Made by a program: the position numbers and the translations under genes | Notes under the pieces: generated by a model | Seen by the model: the letters and a program-made list of their open reading frames with translations, nothing else | Database searches by the model: none | Told to the model about the DNA's origin: nothing | NCBI GenBank assembly: GCA_036479435.1 | Contig: JAZGFI010000099.1 | Span: 1 to 64,000 of the forward strand | DNA from: Planctomycetota bacterium | Lineage (GTDB): Bacteria > Planctomycetota > GCA-002687715 > DRQF01 | Direction: 5' to 3' | DNA length: 64,000 bases | In this document: one piece after another, positions 10,092 through 19,909 of the stretch | How positions within the stretch are numbered: position 1 is the first letter of the stretch | Layout of the letters: each line of letters begins with the position of its first letter

Positions 10092-12212
10092 ATGAAGTTG
10101 GACACTAGAGTAAAAAAGACGCTCACGTTGTTGCTCGCTGCGGCGCTGGGAGCCGCTGTGGCCTCTACGTCTTGGATCTTATGGCAACGCCTTCGCTACG
10201 AAGGTCAACTTTCAAGTTTCGAGACAGAGCTCGCAGAATCGCCGGACCATGCCAAGCAACTTGAGAAGCTGAGGGCCCTTGATCCCAGGACACACAACGC
10301 CAGCCCGGCGCAGGTCCAACGCTGGCGCACACTTGTCGATCGCGCCGCGCGCCCACGGCTCTATACTGACCTCATCATTGAGGGGCATTGCGGCGAACAC
10401 GAATTCTCGATGCCCCTGGGGAGCGCTTTGTCGCCGGGCGTGTTCATTTTCGACCGGCAGTTTCAAATGAGCGTTCGCCTCGTCGATGGCTCACCGCTCA
10501 AACACTTCCTTGACCACATTCACCTCGATAATCATCAACTCGACGGCCTGAAGGACTTAGCCACTCCGAAGTTTGAAGTCGGAAAAGCTGACATCGCAAA
10601 GATCTTCCCCCTCGTTATCGAAGCCAAGCACGGCGGATTTCTCGGAGGTGATCTGGGACTCCAACTCGTGGTGACCGTAGATCAGGAGCTGCCCCGCCTT
10701 GAACTCTATGCCGAGGCCGGTCGTCTGCAGGGAGACGCGGCTCAACTCGATCTTGCCGGAGTGAAGTCCCTGGGAGTGCAGTTTTCCGATGAGCGCCTCC
10801 TGGCCGGCGCTTCCTACCGATGGGATGGGGGCAAGTGGCAGACGCTTGCGGTCCGCGGCCTTATGGAGTTTTCCAAGAGTCTCTCTATCGGCCTCAAGAT
10901 TGATGATACGGCCAAGCTGGAACTGAAGGTCGAAGACCTTGCCGGAAACTGCCAACATCGAGTTTATGAACTAAGGCGCGTCCCCAAGGCGGAACTTGAG
11001 CTCAGCCGCTTGAAGATCGCCAAGAACGCCGAGGCACTCGGCTCAAGCCTCGTCACCTTTGCGAAAAGCGCGATGGTCGTCGAGATCGAAGCCGAGTTAA
11101 GCGGCTGGGATGAGGCCATCCAAGTGTTCGTGGTCCTTAAGGGCGACGAGCGCATCGCCCTTCATGTCGATGAAGCGCGCCGCGTTTGGCGCGGTCAGAT
11201 CCCAAAGGGCGAGCGCCCACGAGAATTCGCTTGTCAGCTGATCATCGACAACGAAGAGGTCGAGTACTCGCTCAAGAGCATTCTTTTGCAGGAAGACCGC
11301 GAAGCGCCGCGAATCCTGATCACGCGAAACAGCGTCGACCTTCTCGACATTCCGGTGATCGTCTGCGAAGTCGGGGACGAATTTGAGCTGACCATTCGGG
11401 ACCAAAGCCCAATAGACCGAGACACTTTGGATGTCCACTGGAATGGCGACCTCGAAGCCCTCAACGAGGGTGCCTTTTCGTCGGCAGGGAATTACCAACG
11501 CAGATTTCGCATCAACAGCGAGTCACCCGCCGTGCTCATTGTGCAGGCTCGCGACCATCACGACCAGGAGTCGAGCCGCCGCCTCGAGTTCAAGGTTCCC
11601 AAAGTTGTCCCTCCGGACGACAGCGAGGGTCCGGCGCTAACCATAAGTGTCGACGGCATCGACTTGGCGACTCGGGGGGAGAACGTCCTCTGGAAATCCA
11701 ATGGGGAGTTAACGCTACGAGTCTCCGATCCCAGTGGCATGCAGCTGAGCAAGATCAAACTGACAGGTGCTACCACCAGTGAGGCCTTGCCGACTGGCTA
11801 TCTTCGCAAGGGTGTCGTGACTCTCTCGCACCGCTCGGGACCCGTCGTCATCGAGATTCCCGATCGCTACGGCAACATCGGACGCAAGACATTCCAAATC
11901 ACGCGGATCGACTCTGCCGCCGACCTGAGCGGTCCAGCCATCCTCGACCAAGGGCAAACCCTCTCCTTGGCGACCATCCCCGCCCGATTTCACGTCGGGA
12001 TGAAACAAGCGCCGCCAAACAACTGCCTTCGGGCCTACATGCGACGCAGCGATGCACGCCGCGAAGACGTCAAAGTCGAGCTGCAGGAACTCAACGCCAT
12101 CGTCGACAACCTCGACGTCGTCGCCGAAGGAACTTGGCGCCTCTACGTCGTCCTCCAAGCCATCGACGGCGACCACGTCCTGGCCGACGTCGAGGTCCGA
12201 GTAGACGAATAG
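10092..12212 (+). CDS. Membrane-anchored protein with Ig-like beta-sandwich repeats
   Basis: N-terminal hydrophobic helix; three repeats of D..xP.L.I ... (V/I/F)xD ... D..(G)N (DQELP..EDLAGN; DREAP..RDHHD; DSEGP..DRYGN). Confidence 0.65.
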   Translation: MKLDTRVKKTLTLLLAAALGAAVASTSWILWQRLRYEGQLSSFETELAESPDHAKQLEKLRALDPRTHNASPAQVQRWRTLVDRAARPRLYTDLIIEGHCGEHEFSMPLGSALSPGVFIFDRQFQMSVRLVDGSPLKHFLDHIHLDNHQLDGLKDLATPKFEVGKADIAKIFPLVIEAKHGGFLGGDLGLQLVVTVDQELPRLELYAEAGRLQGDAAQLDLAGVKSLGVQFSDERLLAGASYRWDGGKWQTLAVRGLMEFSKSLSIGLKIDDTAKLELKVEDLAGNCQHRVYELRRVPKAELELSRLKIAKNAEALGSSLVTFAKSAMVVEIEAELSGWDEAIQVFVVLKGDERIALHVDEARRVWRGQIPKGERPREFACQLIIDNEEVEYSLKSILLQEDREAPRILITRNSVDLLDIPVIVCEVGDEFELTIRDQSPIDRDTLDVHWNGDLEALNEGAFSSAGNYQRRFRINSESPAVLIVQARDHHDQESSRRLEFKVPKVVPPDDSEGPALTISVDGIDLATRGENVLWKSNGELTLRVSDPSGMQLSKIKLTGATTSEALPTGYLRKGVVTLSHRSGPVVIEIPDRYGNIGRKTFQITRIDSAADLSGPAILDQGQTLSLATIPARFHVGMKQAPPNNCLRAYMRRSDARREDVKVELQELNAIVDNLDVVAEGTWRLYVVLQAIDGDHVLADVEVRVDE

Positions 12213-12373
12213 CCTGGGCCAAGGAACAGGGTCGAACACTTGAGAATGAGTCGAGAATGGTCGATCAAGTATGATCTGGGCAAATTACTACTGGTATCGG
12301 CCACGAGCAAGCCCTACATTATGGGAGCCAGTGAAGGCAAGGCAGGTCGACAGTGGTGGTGGTGGCCGACAAC

Positions 12374-12880
12374 ATGAGTTTGCTAATTTCACATCTGAGC
12401 GGTAGTCGCAGTGGCGAGGTTGAGAGCTTCGCCAGCAGTTCCGTCATTATTGGCCGCGGCGAGGAAAACGACCTCGCCTTCGATCCTTTCGAAGATGCCG
12501 TGGTTTCCACGCAACACGCCGAAATCCGCTTCGAAAGCGATGGCTTCGTTCTCTACGACATGGGGAGTCTGAACGGGACCTTCCTAAACGGACTTCCCGT
12601 ACGCCGCGCTTGCCTATCGAAAGGTGACGAGATCGGACTCGGGCGCAAAGGCCCACGGCTGCTGTTCGACCTCAACGCGGGCCAGATGCCGAACCGGCCC
12701 TCGGTGATCCCCATGCGTTTGCCGGACATCAAGACCCCCGGCGGGAGCCTCAAGACTCAAATGGAATTTCCTGTTCCCACCTTCGAAGAACAGGTTGCCA
12801 GCCGCGACTGGCGCTTTTATCTCGCCATCGGCATCACGGCTCTAGTCTTAGCCCTAGCCTGCTTTTTCTTCATCGTCTAA
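12374..12880 (+). CDS. FHA domain protein with C-terminal transmembrane tail
   Basis: IGR...VS.QHA...D.GSLNGTFLNG FHA motifs; ends in WRFYLAIGITALVLALACFFFIV. Confidence 0.88.
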   Translation: MSLLISHLSGSRSGEVESFASSSVIIGRGEENDLAFDPFEDAVVSTQHAEIRFESDGFVLYDMGSLNGTFLNGLPVRRACLSKGDEIGLGRKGPRLLFDLNAGQMPNRPSVIPMRLPDIKTPGGSLKTQMEFPVPTFEEQVASRDWRFYLAIGITALVLALACFFFIV

Positions 12881-13040
12881 ACGATCCAAAACAGCGCAGC
12901 ATCCCCAAACCCTGTCGAGTTGCGTCAGACCATTTTCACCACCCTTTGGAGACTCTTGGGGCGGGGCATCGGTATTAGGAGGTGAGGGGATTTGTCAGAC
13001 GCCCTCCAGCACTTTGGTGAGCGCTGCGGACTGGTCTAAG

Positions 13041-14672
13041 CTAGGAGTTCGGGCGGTATTCGAAGCGCATCATCGTAGAGCCGACGCGCACGGTGTCGCC
13101 GTTTTTGAGGCGAACCTTGGCGGTGAGGCGGTCTTCGTTGACGTAGGTGCCATTGGTGGAGCCAAGATCTTCGGCGGTGAAACCCGTGCCGTCAAAGGTC
13201 AGCACGGCGTGGTGACGCGAGATCTCGGGATCGTGAGGACGTAGGTCCAAGCGCAAGTCGCGACCAATTCGCGAGACGGGGCGAAGACCAAAGCGGCGCC
13301 CCTCATCGGGGCCTGATGTCACCACGAGGTAGGCTTCTAGCTCCGAGACGTCCGTCATCTTGAAGGGCTTGTTGCCCATACTTGTAGCGCCTGGATCCTG
13401 GAAGGGAATCGTGTCTTCCATGTCGACATCCGGGATGACGGAATCGGCGGCGGCGTTGAAACCTTCAAGTTCAGACGACGAAAGCCCAGCGCCGCCGGGT
13501 GTCTCGTCTTTCGATTTCGGGTTGGCGGCGCGAATCCAATCCTGTTTGCTGACTGATTTCTTTGGCAAGAGCTTGAAGAGCACTAGCCCCAAACAGGCAC
13601 CAGCGCCGACCCCAGCTCCGATTCGCAAAGACTCCGAAAGGAATTCGCTCGCTCCCGCCCAAAATTTGGGCAGCATCGCGATCGCAACAGCGAGCACTAA
13701 GCCAGCGGCACCGGCGAGGATGCCACGCATGGCCGTGCTCATTCCCGGTCCACCTGAGTCCGGCAGAAGGTCACTCAGACCTTCCTCATCAATGTTGTGG
13801 TAGCGGGTCATGACCCTTCCGGTACCCTTGGGAATCACGATGGCGCGATTCACCAGTTCCGGGAAGGACTTGGCAAGATCTTTAGCGAACTCGGCAGCAG
13901 TTTTGTAGCGTTCCTTGGTGTTTTGGGCCAAGGACTTGAGCACGATGCGCTCTAGATCGCGCGGGATGTCGACGAATTCTGAGGGAGGGGTTGACTCACC
14001 CTTGCACACGCGCCGCGCGAAGTTGACGAGAGGCTCATCATCGCGCTCGAACTCAAAAGGCTTACGGTTGGTGAGCATCTCGTAGAAAGTGACGCCCATC
14101 GCATAGATGTCGGTTTGAACCGTCACTTTGCCCTGAGAGATAAATTCGGGCGCCATGTACAGCGTCGTTCCGAGAACAAAGCCCTTTTGGGTGAGGTTTT
14201 GTCCGCCGACAACCTTCGCGATTCCAAAGTCAGTGAGCTTCGCTTCACCCTCGGAATTGATGAGGATGTTGTTCGGTTTCATGTCGCGATGAATGTAGTT
14301 GTGCTCGTGGCTGAACTGCATCGCCTGGAGAATCTTGTAAAAGATCGGGATGGCATAGCGATGGGCAAGCGGCCCCATCGTATCCAAAAGGTCCTCGATC
14401 GAACCTTGATCCATGTACTCCAAAACGAGGTAGTGATACCCGTTCAGGAAAATGTATTCGTGGAAGCCAACGATGGAAGGATGTACGAGTTCCTTGAGAG
14501 CTTCCGCTTCGATGACGAAGCGCTTTTCGAGGTTGTCCTCGTCCGCCACGCTGGGCTTCAGCATCTTGATCGCGACACTGCGACCTTCGCCTTCACCTCG
14601 GAAGACGAAGGCATGGCCCCCGTCGCCGATTTCCTGAGTGATCGAATATTGTCCGACTTTCGTTCCAATCAT
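13041..14672 (-). CDS. Ser/Thr protein kinase - two TM helices - C-terminal FHA domain
   Basis: IGDGG, VAIKML, HRDMKPNN, DFGIAK, GTTLYMAPE intact; two hydrophobic segments; IGR..ISRHHA..DLGSTNGTYVN FHA at the C-terminus. Confidence 0.93.
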   Translation of the reverse strand: MIGTKVGQYSITQEIGDGGHAFVFRGEGEGRSVAIKMLKPSVADEDNLEKRFVIEAEALKELVHPSIVGFHEYIFLNGYHYLVLEYMDQGSIEDLLDTMGPLAHRYAIPIFYKILQAMQFSHEHNYIHRDMKPNNILINSEGEAKLTDFGIAKVVGGQNLTQKGFVLGTTLYMAPEFISQGKVTVQTDIYAMGVTFYEMLTNRKPFEFERDDEPLVNFARRVCKGESTPPSEFVDIPRDLERIVLKSLAQNTKERYKTAAEFAKDLAKSFPELVNRAIVIPKGTGRVMTRYHNIDEEGLSDLLPDSGGPGMSTAMRGILAGAAGLVLAVAIAMLPKFWAGASEFLSESLRIGAGVGAGACLGLVLFKLLPKKSVSKQDWIRAANPKSKDETPGGAGLSSSELEGFNAAADSVIPDVDMEDTIPFQDPGATSMGNKPFKMTDVSELEAYLVVTSGPDEGRRFGLRPVSRIGRDLRLDLRPHDPEISRHHAVLTFDGTGFTAEDLGSTNGTYVNEDRLTAKVRLKNGDTVRVGSTMMRFEYRPNS

Positions 14673-14675
14673 GGT

Positions 14676-15788
14676 TCAGAGCCGACTGATCCACATTTGG
14701 AGTAAGACCAAAATCACAATCTCCACCCCGATAAGCCAAAACCACGCCGGGTGAGTCGGGGGGTCCTCGTCGGGTTTTCCGGGCTTGGGAATTGACTCGT
14801 CAATTCGAACGGTCTCATCTAGATCGACGTCTGGTTCCGCCTTGAGGTTCTCTTCCGTCGCATCAAGTTTGGCTTCGTTCGGCGGCTCAAAGCTCGTGGG
14901 GGTCTTGGCATCGGGACTAATGACGGTCGCCGGAGACGAATCCGCTTTCGCCTTCGTCCTTACGGTGTCCGCCGGCGCCTGCTCCATCAGCTCCGCATCT
15001 TCGAGGTCAAGGGCCTCAAGTTCGGGATCGCCCTCGGGCACCTCGTTGACGACCACGATAGCGATCGTGATGTTGTCGTCTCCGCCACGTTCGTTGGCGA
15101 GCGCGATCAACTTATCGCAGGCCTCGCTGGGATCGGCGAGCGAAGCCAGAGTTCTGATTTCTTCGTCACGCACCATGTTGGTGAGGCCGTCACTGCAAAG
15201 GACGACGCGGTCGTTCTTTTCGGCCTTGCGCTGATTGAATTCGATCTCGAGAGATTGCGCCATTCCAACGCATCGCGTGATGATGTTTTTGTCGGGGTGA
15301 CCTTCGGCCTGCTCGGGCGTCAAAAGCCCCATGTCAATCAGTTCGTTGAGATAGGTGTGGTCGCGCGTGACCTGTTCCATCTGGTCGCCGCGAATCAAGT
15401 AGCAGCGCGAATCACCGAGATGGCCGACCATAATCGACGAGCCGCGGACCAAGGCCGCGACGCAGGTCGTACCCATGTCTTTCAGCTTTGGATCGTGGTC
15501 AGCCTTGTCGCGTACCGCAGCATTGGAAGCTCTTATGGATTCGTCGAGGACGGCGCGAAGAGAGCGCTCGGTCGATTTCCCAAAGGCCTCAAGGAAGCTG
15601 TCGACCGCGGTGTGACTCGCGATGGTGCCGCCGGTATGGCCACCCATACCATCGGCCACTACGATAAGAGAACCCCGCTCGCGCAGCGCCTCATCGCTTT
15701 TCGGAACCGACATCCCGAAGTGGTCCTGATTCTCAGTCCGGACCATTCCGACATCGGTCTTGCAGACGATCTCGACCTTTTTCTGCAT
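14676..15788 (-). CDS. PP2C-family (Stp1/PrpC-like) Ser/Thr phosphatase with acidic linker and C-terminal TM
   Basis: TDVGMVR.ENQD, VADGMGGH, MGTT, HLGDSRCY, LCSDGL, GG.DNIT; hydrophobic C-terminus; 3 nt upstream of the kinase. Confidence 0.95.
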   Translation of the reverse strand: MQKKVEIVCKTDVGMVRTENQDHFGMSVPKSDEALRERGSLIVVADGMGGHTGGTIASHTAVDSFLEAFGKSTERSLRAVLDESIRASNAAVRDKADHDPKLKDMGTTCVAALVRGSSIMVGHLGDSRCYLIRGDQMEQVTRDHTYLNELIDMGLLTPEQAEGHPDKNIITRCVGMAQSLEIEFNQRKAEKNDRVVLCSDGLTNMVRDEEIRTLASLADPSEACDKLIALANERGGDDNITIAIVVVNEVPEGDPELEALDLEDAELMEQAPADTVRTKAKADSSPATVISPDAKTPTSFEPPNEAKLDATEENLKAEPDVDLDETVRIDESIPKPGKPDEDPPTHPAWFWLIGVEIVILVLLQMWISRL

Positions 15789-15999
15789 TCCCCAATCTCA
15801 ACGGGAGAACGATAGCAGGGCCTCGGCCCTCAACTGCCAATCAACAAAGATCATCAGAGCGGACCAGGATACCCGGCACCCCCTTCAATCAGCCACACGC
15901 TGTCGATTGAGGCCACAACTGTCAAGGGCAAAACGGCCTAAACTGCCTTGCCGGGTGACTTTCTGTCCGCTTCAATGCCGCCCAGCTGGCTCAAATCGC

Positions 16000-17289
16000 T
16001 CATGAGAGTGATTCCAGCGTCGGGCCTTCGACGGTCACCAAAGCTCGCAGTCCTGAACCATCATCGGCCAAAACGAAGTCTTCGGTGGTCTCGATTTCCA
16101 AAGTTTCGAAGGCCGCAGCAAATACTCGGCGAAAGGCCGCGTGCTCGTGGCCCGCAAATCGCCCGCCAATGAGAAGAGTGGCGTGGCTTGGCGAACGCCC
16201 CTCAAAACCCGGAAACAGCAACCCGGAGTCCGCCGCCCGAGCCAAAATCCCGTCGACGAAGTCGGGCCGGATCTCGGGCGCAGTCGAGGTGCCCATGGTC
16301 ACCAAATGTCCCCGTGCGCGGCCGGCCGCCAAAAAGCCCAATCCGTTCTTCTCTGCGCGGTGCAGAGCATCCACCACCAAAGCGAGCTCCAACCAAAATC
16401 CAGCGTCAGAGGTCTTGGGCACCTCCACGAGGATCAGCGGACCCAAGCCCAAGGCTTGGAGCCATTCCAGCCACGGTTTTTCAGCGACGAGGTCCGTGTT
16501 GGGGCTCATGAACAGCACCGTCGCTCCACGAGTTTCCAAACTCCGTGTGGGCAACACGCTCGGGTCGGGGACCCACAGCTTGATCGCCTTCAAACCGGTC
16601 ATGAGCAAAAAGTTGTCGAACTGTGGCTTCTCAAGGCAACGCTGTAACAGCTCGTCAAGTTCCGGCCGGGCGTCTTTTGACTTGCGTCGTACTTGTTGAT
16701 CGGCGACCTCAACGTCGGCGGCGCCAAAATCCAAGAGAGCTTGGCCCAGCCTCAACCCCTGCCGCCCCAAGGACCAATAGCGAAGGGCGGAGGAGACATT
16801 GACGACCGGCCGAGCGGGGCGGGTGTCGTTGATTCCGGGCCCCGAAGCGGGCCTGGACGTTGCCTCACCGCCCGCAAGCAGGTGCTTCAAGCGTTCATTC
16901 TCGGCCCGCACTCGCGTGAGGAGTTCGCGTTGCCGCCGCACTTGAACTTCAAGTTCCCCCACGCGCACTTTGGGATCGTCGCCGGCGCTTCTCAATTCGG
17001 TGGGTGGAACAATGAACCGCATTTCCGTTTTGCCCACGCGAAGCAAATCGCCGTTGCGGAGGGACTTCGTCTCGACGCGTTCGTCGTTGACAAAGGTGCC
17101 GTTTTCAGACCCGAGATCTGTCACCATGAAGACCTCGCCCTCTTGCTCAATGCGGGCATGTTCACGCGAAGTCCACACATCTTCAAAAACCAAGTGACTC
17201 TCCCCGCCACGGCCGAGAAGGCAGGCCTTGGCATCGAGCTCGATTCGGACCCATCGGCGGTCGCCACTAATTATTTGAAGACTGGGCAT
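16000..17289 (-). CDS. FHA domain - coiled coil - probable degenerate tubulin/FtsZ-like domain protein
   Basis: N-terminal FHA (LGR..SREHA..DLGSENGTFVN) is clear; heptad segment follows; the C-terminal call rests on collinear motif resemblance (see findings). Confidence 0.75.
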   Translation of the reverse strand: MPSLQIISGDRRWVRIELDAKACLLGRGGESHLVFEDVWTSREHARIEQEGEVFMVTDLGSENGTFVNDERVETKSLRNGDLLRVGKTEMRFIVPPTELRSAGDDPKVRVGELEVQVRRQRELLTRVRAENERLKHLLAGGEATSRPASGPGINDTRPARPVVNVSSALRYWSLGRQGLRLGQALLDFGAADVEVADQQVRRKSKDARPELDELLQRCLEKPQFDNFLLMTGLKAIKLWVPDPSVLPTRSLETRGATVLFMSPNTDLVAEKPWLEWLQALGLGPLILVEVPKTSDAGFWLELALVVDALHRAEKNGLGFLAAGRARGHLVTMGTSTAPEIRPDFVDGILARAADSGLLFPGFEGRSPSHATLLIGGRFAGHEHAAFRRVFAAAFETLEIETTEDFVLADDGSGLRALVTVEGPTLESLS

Positions 17290-17356
17290 ATCAAAGCGAT
17301 CAAGAGTGGAATGACTTCAGCATCATAGCCGCGCAAACGGCCAGCGGAAGAAAGAC

Positions 17357-18118
17357 TCAGGTTCCGTCGAAAAGACGCGCCCCGAGGACCGGGTCCAAAG
17401 AGCGGTTCCGGTCGATTCGGCGGGCAACGGCGTCAATATCGTAGCTTACGCGCCGAAAAGACAGGCGACCGTGGTCGAACTGCAGCCAGCAGGCCCGCGG
17501 ATCGCGATCACGAGGCTGACCGACAGAGCCAACATTGACGATGTACTTGGTGTTCGGCTTAGGCTGAAACTCAAGCTCGTTTTCCTCGGGAACAAAGGTC
17601 TTTAAGTCGTCACCAATAACGACTGGCAGGTGGGTGTGCCCGACAAACAGGAATCGATCGACTGACTTGAAAATGGTCTTCAATTTCGTGTCGGCGTTGA
17701 AGTAGACGTCCTCACGGTAGATGTACTCGTTCACATGGTCACGAGGCGAGCCATGGACGAAGAGGCAATCATCAACGCGAGCGTCCAGAGGAAGCTCTTT
17801 TAAGAATCGCCAGCGGTCTTGAGCCTCACGACCGCGCAGCAGCTTGGGCTTCAACTTGTCTCGCGTCCATAAAATCGCGTCGCGAGCAAATGGATTGAAG
17901 CGGTCTGCACCGTTGAAGAGCGCGTCGTCGTGGTTGCCGCGAATGGTGATGGCGCAGCGTTCGCGAACCAAATCGACGCATTCCACCGGATCGGGCCCGT
18001 AGCCGACGATATCACCGAGGCAATAGACGGTCTTCAATCCGCGCGCGTCGATATCCCGAAATACCGCCTCTAAGGCATCCAAGTTGCTATGTAGATCGGA
18101 AATGACCGCGAATTGCAT
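17357..18118 (-). CDS. Calcineurin-like metallophosphoesterase
   Basis: SDLHSN, LGDIVGYG, RGNHD, VHGSP, GHTH, NVGSVGQPRD motifs. Confidence 0.92.
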   Translation of the reverse strand: MQFAVISDLHSNLDALEAVFRDIDARGLKTVYCLGDIVGYGPDPVECVDLVRERCAITIRGNHDDALFNGADRFNPFARDAILWTRDKLKPKLLRGREAQDRWRFLKELPLDARVDDCLFVHGSPRDHVNEYIYREDVYFNADTKLKTIFKSVDRFLFVGHTHLPVVIGDDLKTFVPEENELEFQPKPNTKYIVNVGSVGQPRDRDPRACWLQFDHGRLSFRRVSYDIDAVARRIDRNRSLDPVLGARLFDGT

Positions 18119-18285
18119 GCCGACTTTCTTGGCACCTCGAAATCAACGGAGCCGCCCACGGCGCCTCTATCACCAAATGGACTCTTCGTCGGTTTGAGGG
18201 CGCCCCGGTTCTACTTGAAGGAAACATGGACTCTGGACGCAGCGAATAGATCTCATGCGCTCCAGATGCGCTGCGCGGTGGGATT

Positions 18286-19881
18286 TTAACCCCTGAGGCT
18301 CGGAGCCGCCAGCAAAGAGCCTTCGCGGTCCTGACTCAAGGCCTTGGATAGGAGAGGTGCGGCAGCCGTGCTAAGCGCAAGTCTCCGCCTCATGGCGGTT
18401 GCCATCCCCGCGAATTCCAAGCGGCTCGAATCGACCCAAACCGGGGTTTCTTCGCCGAGGGCCTGGCACAACAATGTCGTCCCCACGGCCGAGCGAAGCT
18501 CCTGCGGGGCCTCTGTCCACGATTCCAGGGCGGCCTCAAAGCGACCGAGGGCCAAGTAGCACTCGCCGCATAGTCCGGCTGCGACGGCCTTTTCGGCATC
18601 GCCCAGGGCCGTGGCGTAGGCCCGTTCGCAGAATGAAACGGCACGATCGAAGAGTCCCGTTTCCATCAAGACTTCGGCCGCGACGACCCAAGCCTCTGAA
18701 TCCCCGGCATTGTTTTCGAGCCAGTTCGTGATGCGCCGCAATGCCCCTGGCAATTGTCTTTGGGCAAGTTCTACTTTGGTCGCCGCCTTCACCAGATCGC
18801 CGCAGTTTTGCCAGCGGTCGGCTCCTTCCAGAAACAGCTGGCAGGCTTTCTCGGTCTCTCCGAGCCCAAGCCGCGCACGCGCAGCGCCAAAAAAGGCACG
18901 CGAACTCGTGATCTCGGGTTGGGCGGGCATGTGCTGCGCTTGGCCATCGAAACTCATGCAAGTTTCGAAAGCGAGCAAGGCCTCCGACCATTGTTCCGAG
19001 AGCAAACAATAGTGGCCGTGAACCCAATGGAGCATCGCCGTCGCTTGCAGTGACGAGAGCGCCCGCCGCAGCAGGGGCTCAGCGCTTTCAAGCTGACCTT
19101 GCCGAACGTACTCCAAAGCCAGCAATGAGTGAGCTTCGGTCGCCCAGGGTGCGCTTTGCCGCTGTGAACGCGGCAACGCCATTCCGAGCTCAGCCGCCCG
19201 GGTCAAGGTTCGACACACGGCGTCAACATCGTCAAACCGCCGGAGAAAATCACCGTACTTGTACCACAGGTATCCATCGCCCGGATGCTCTCGAAGGGCA
19301 CGTTCGAAGAGCGGGCGGTCGCGCTCATTTTTGCCCCGCGCCGCACGAGTGTCTTCGTGGTAGCCGTAGTGATCGATCACCACGTCGAGTTCATGAATCT
19401 CCCCAGCTGTCCGCCCTTGCGTTTCGTAGATCCGAGGCCCGACCTGCTCGTGAATGGCGTTGCAGAACCGGTGGTGATCATTGCGACGCCACAAGCGCAT
19501 TACATAGCATTCGAGTTTTCGATCGGCACGGTAGTGATTTCGAATCAGTAAATGGGCGGCGAGGTTACGGGGTTTATTGACGTAGCGATTGAAAGCCGCA
19601 AGACCTGAGTCTTCGAGAACCTCATCCGCGTCCAACATCAAGACCCAGTCGCCCGTCGCCATTTCGAGAGACACGTTGCGGGCTTCGGCGAAATGATGGG
19701 GCCAGACAATCGTCTTGACGCGCGCGCCGGCGGCTGCGGCGATCTGTTTGCTGCGGTCTTTCGAACCGGTGTCGACAACGCAGATCTCGTCAACGAAAGG
19801 CGCGGCAGACTTGAGACAAGCATCCAGGCTGTCTTCTTCGTCACGGACGATCATGCAAAGTGAAACGCGGCATCGACGCAC
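18286..19881 (-). CDS. Glycosyltransferase family 2 with TPR repeats
   Basis: SLCMIVRDEE, VVDTGS.D, FAEARN.SL..ATGDWVLMLDADE, IHEQ, HYGY, then helical TPR-like repeats. GTG start at 19881 is preceded by AGGAGG. Confidence 0.9.
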   Translation of the reverse strand: MRRCRVSLCMIVRDEEDSLDACLKSAAPFVDEICVVDTGSKDRSKQIAAAAGARVKTIVWPHHFAEARNVSLEMATGDWVLMLDADEVLEDSGLAAFNRYVNKPRNLAAHLLIRNHYRADRKLECYVMRLWRRNDHHRFCNAIHEQVGPRIYETQGRTAGEIHELDVVIDHYGYHEDTRAARGKNERDRPLFERALREHPGDGYLWYKYGDFLRRFDDVDAVCRTLTRAAELGMALPRSQRQSAPWATEAHSLLALEYVRQGQLESAEPLLRRALSSLQATAMLHWVHGHYCLLSEQWSEALLAFETCMSFDGQAQHMPAQPEITSSRAFFGAARARLGLGETEKACQLFLEGADRWQNCGDLVKAATKVELAQRQLPGALRRITNWLENNAGDSEAWVVAAEVLMETGLFDRAVSFCERAYATALGDAEKAVAAGLCGECYLALGRFEAALESWTEAPQELRSAVGTTLLCQALGEETPVWVDSSRLEFAGMATAMRRRLALSTAAAPLLSKALSQDREGSLLAAPSLRG

Positions 19882-19909
19882 GGCGGGTCCTCCTGAGACT
19901 CCCGCTGGC

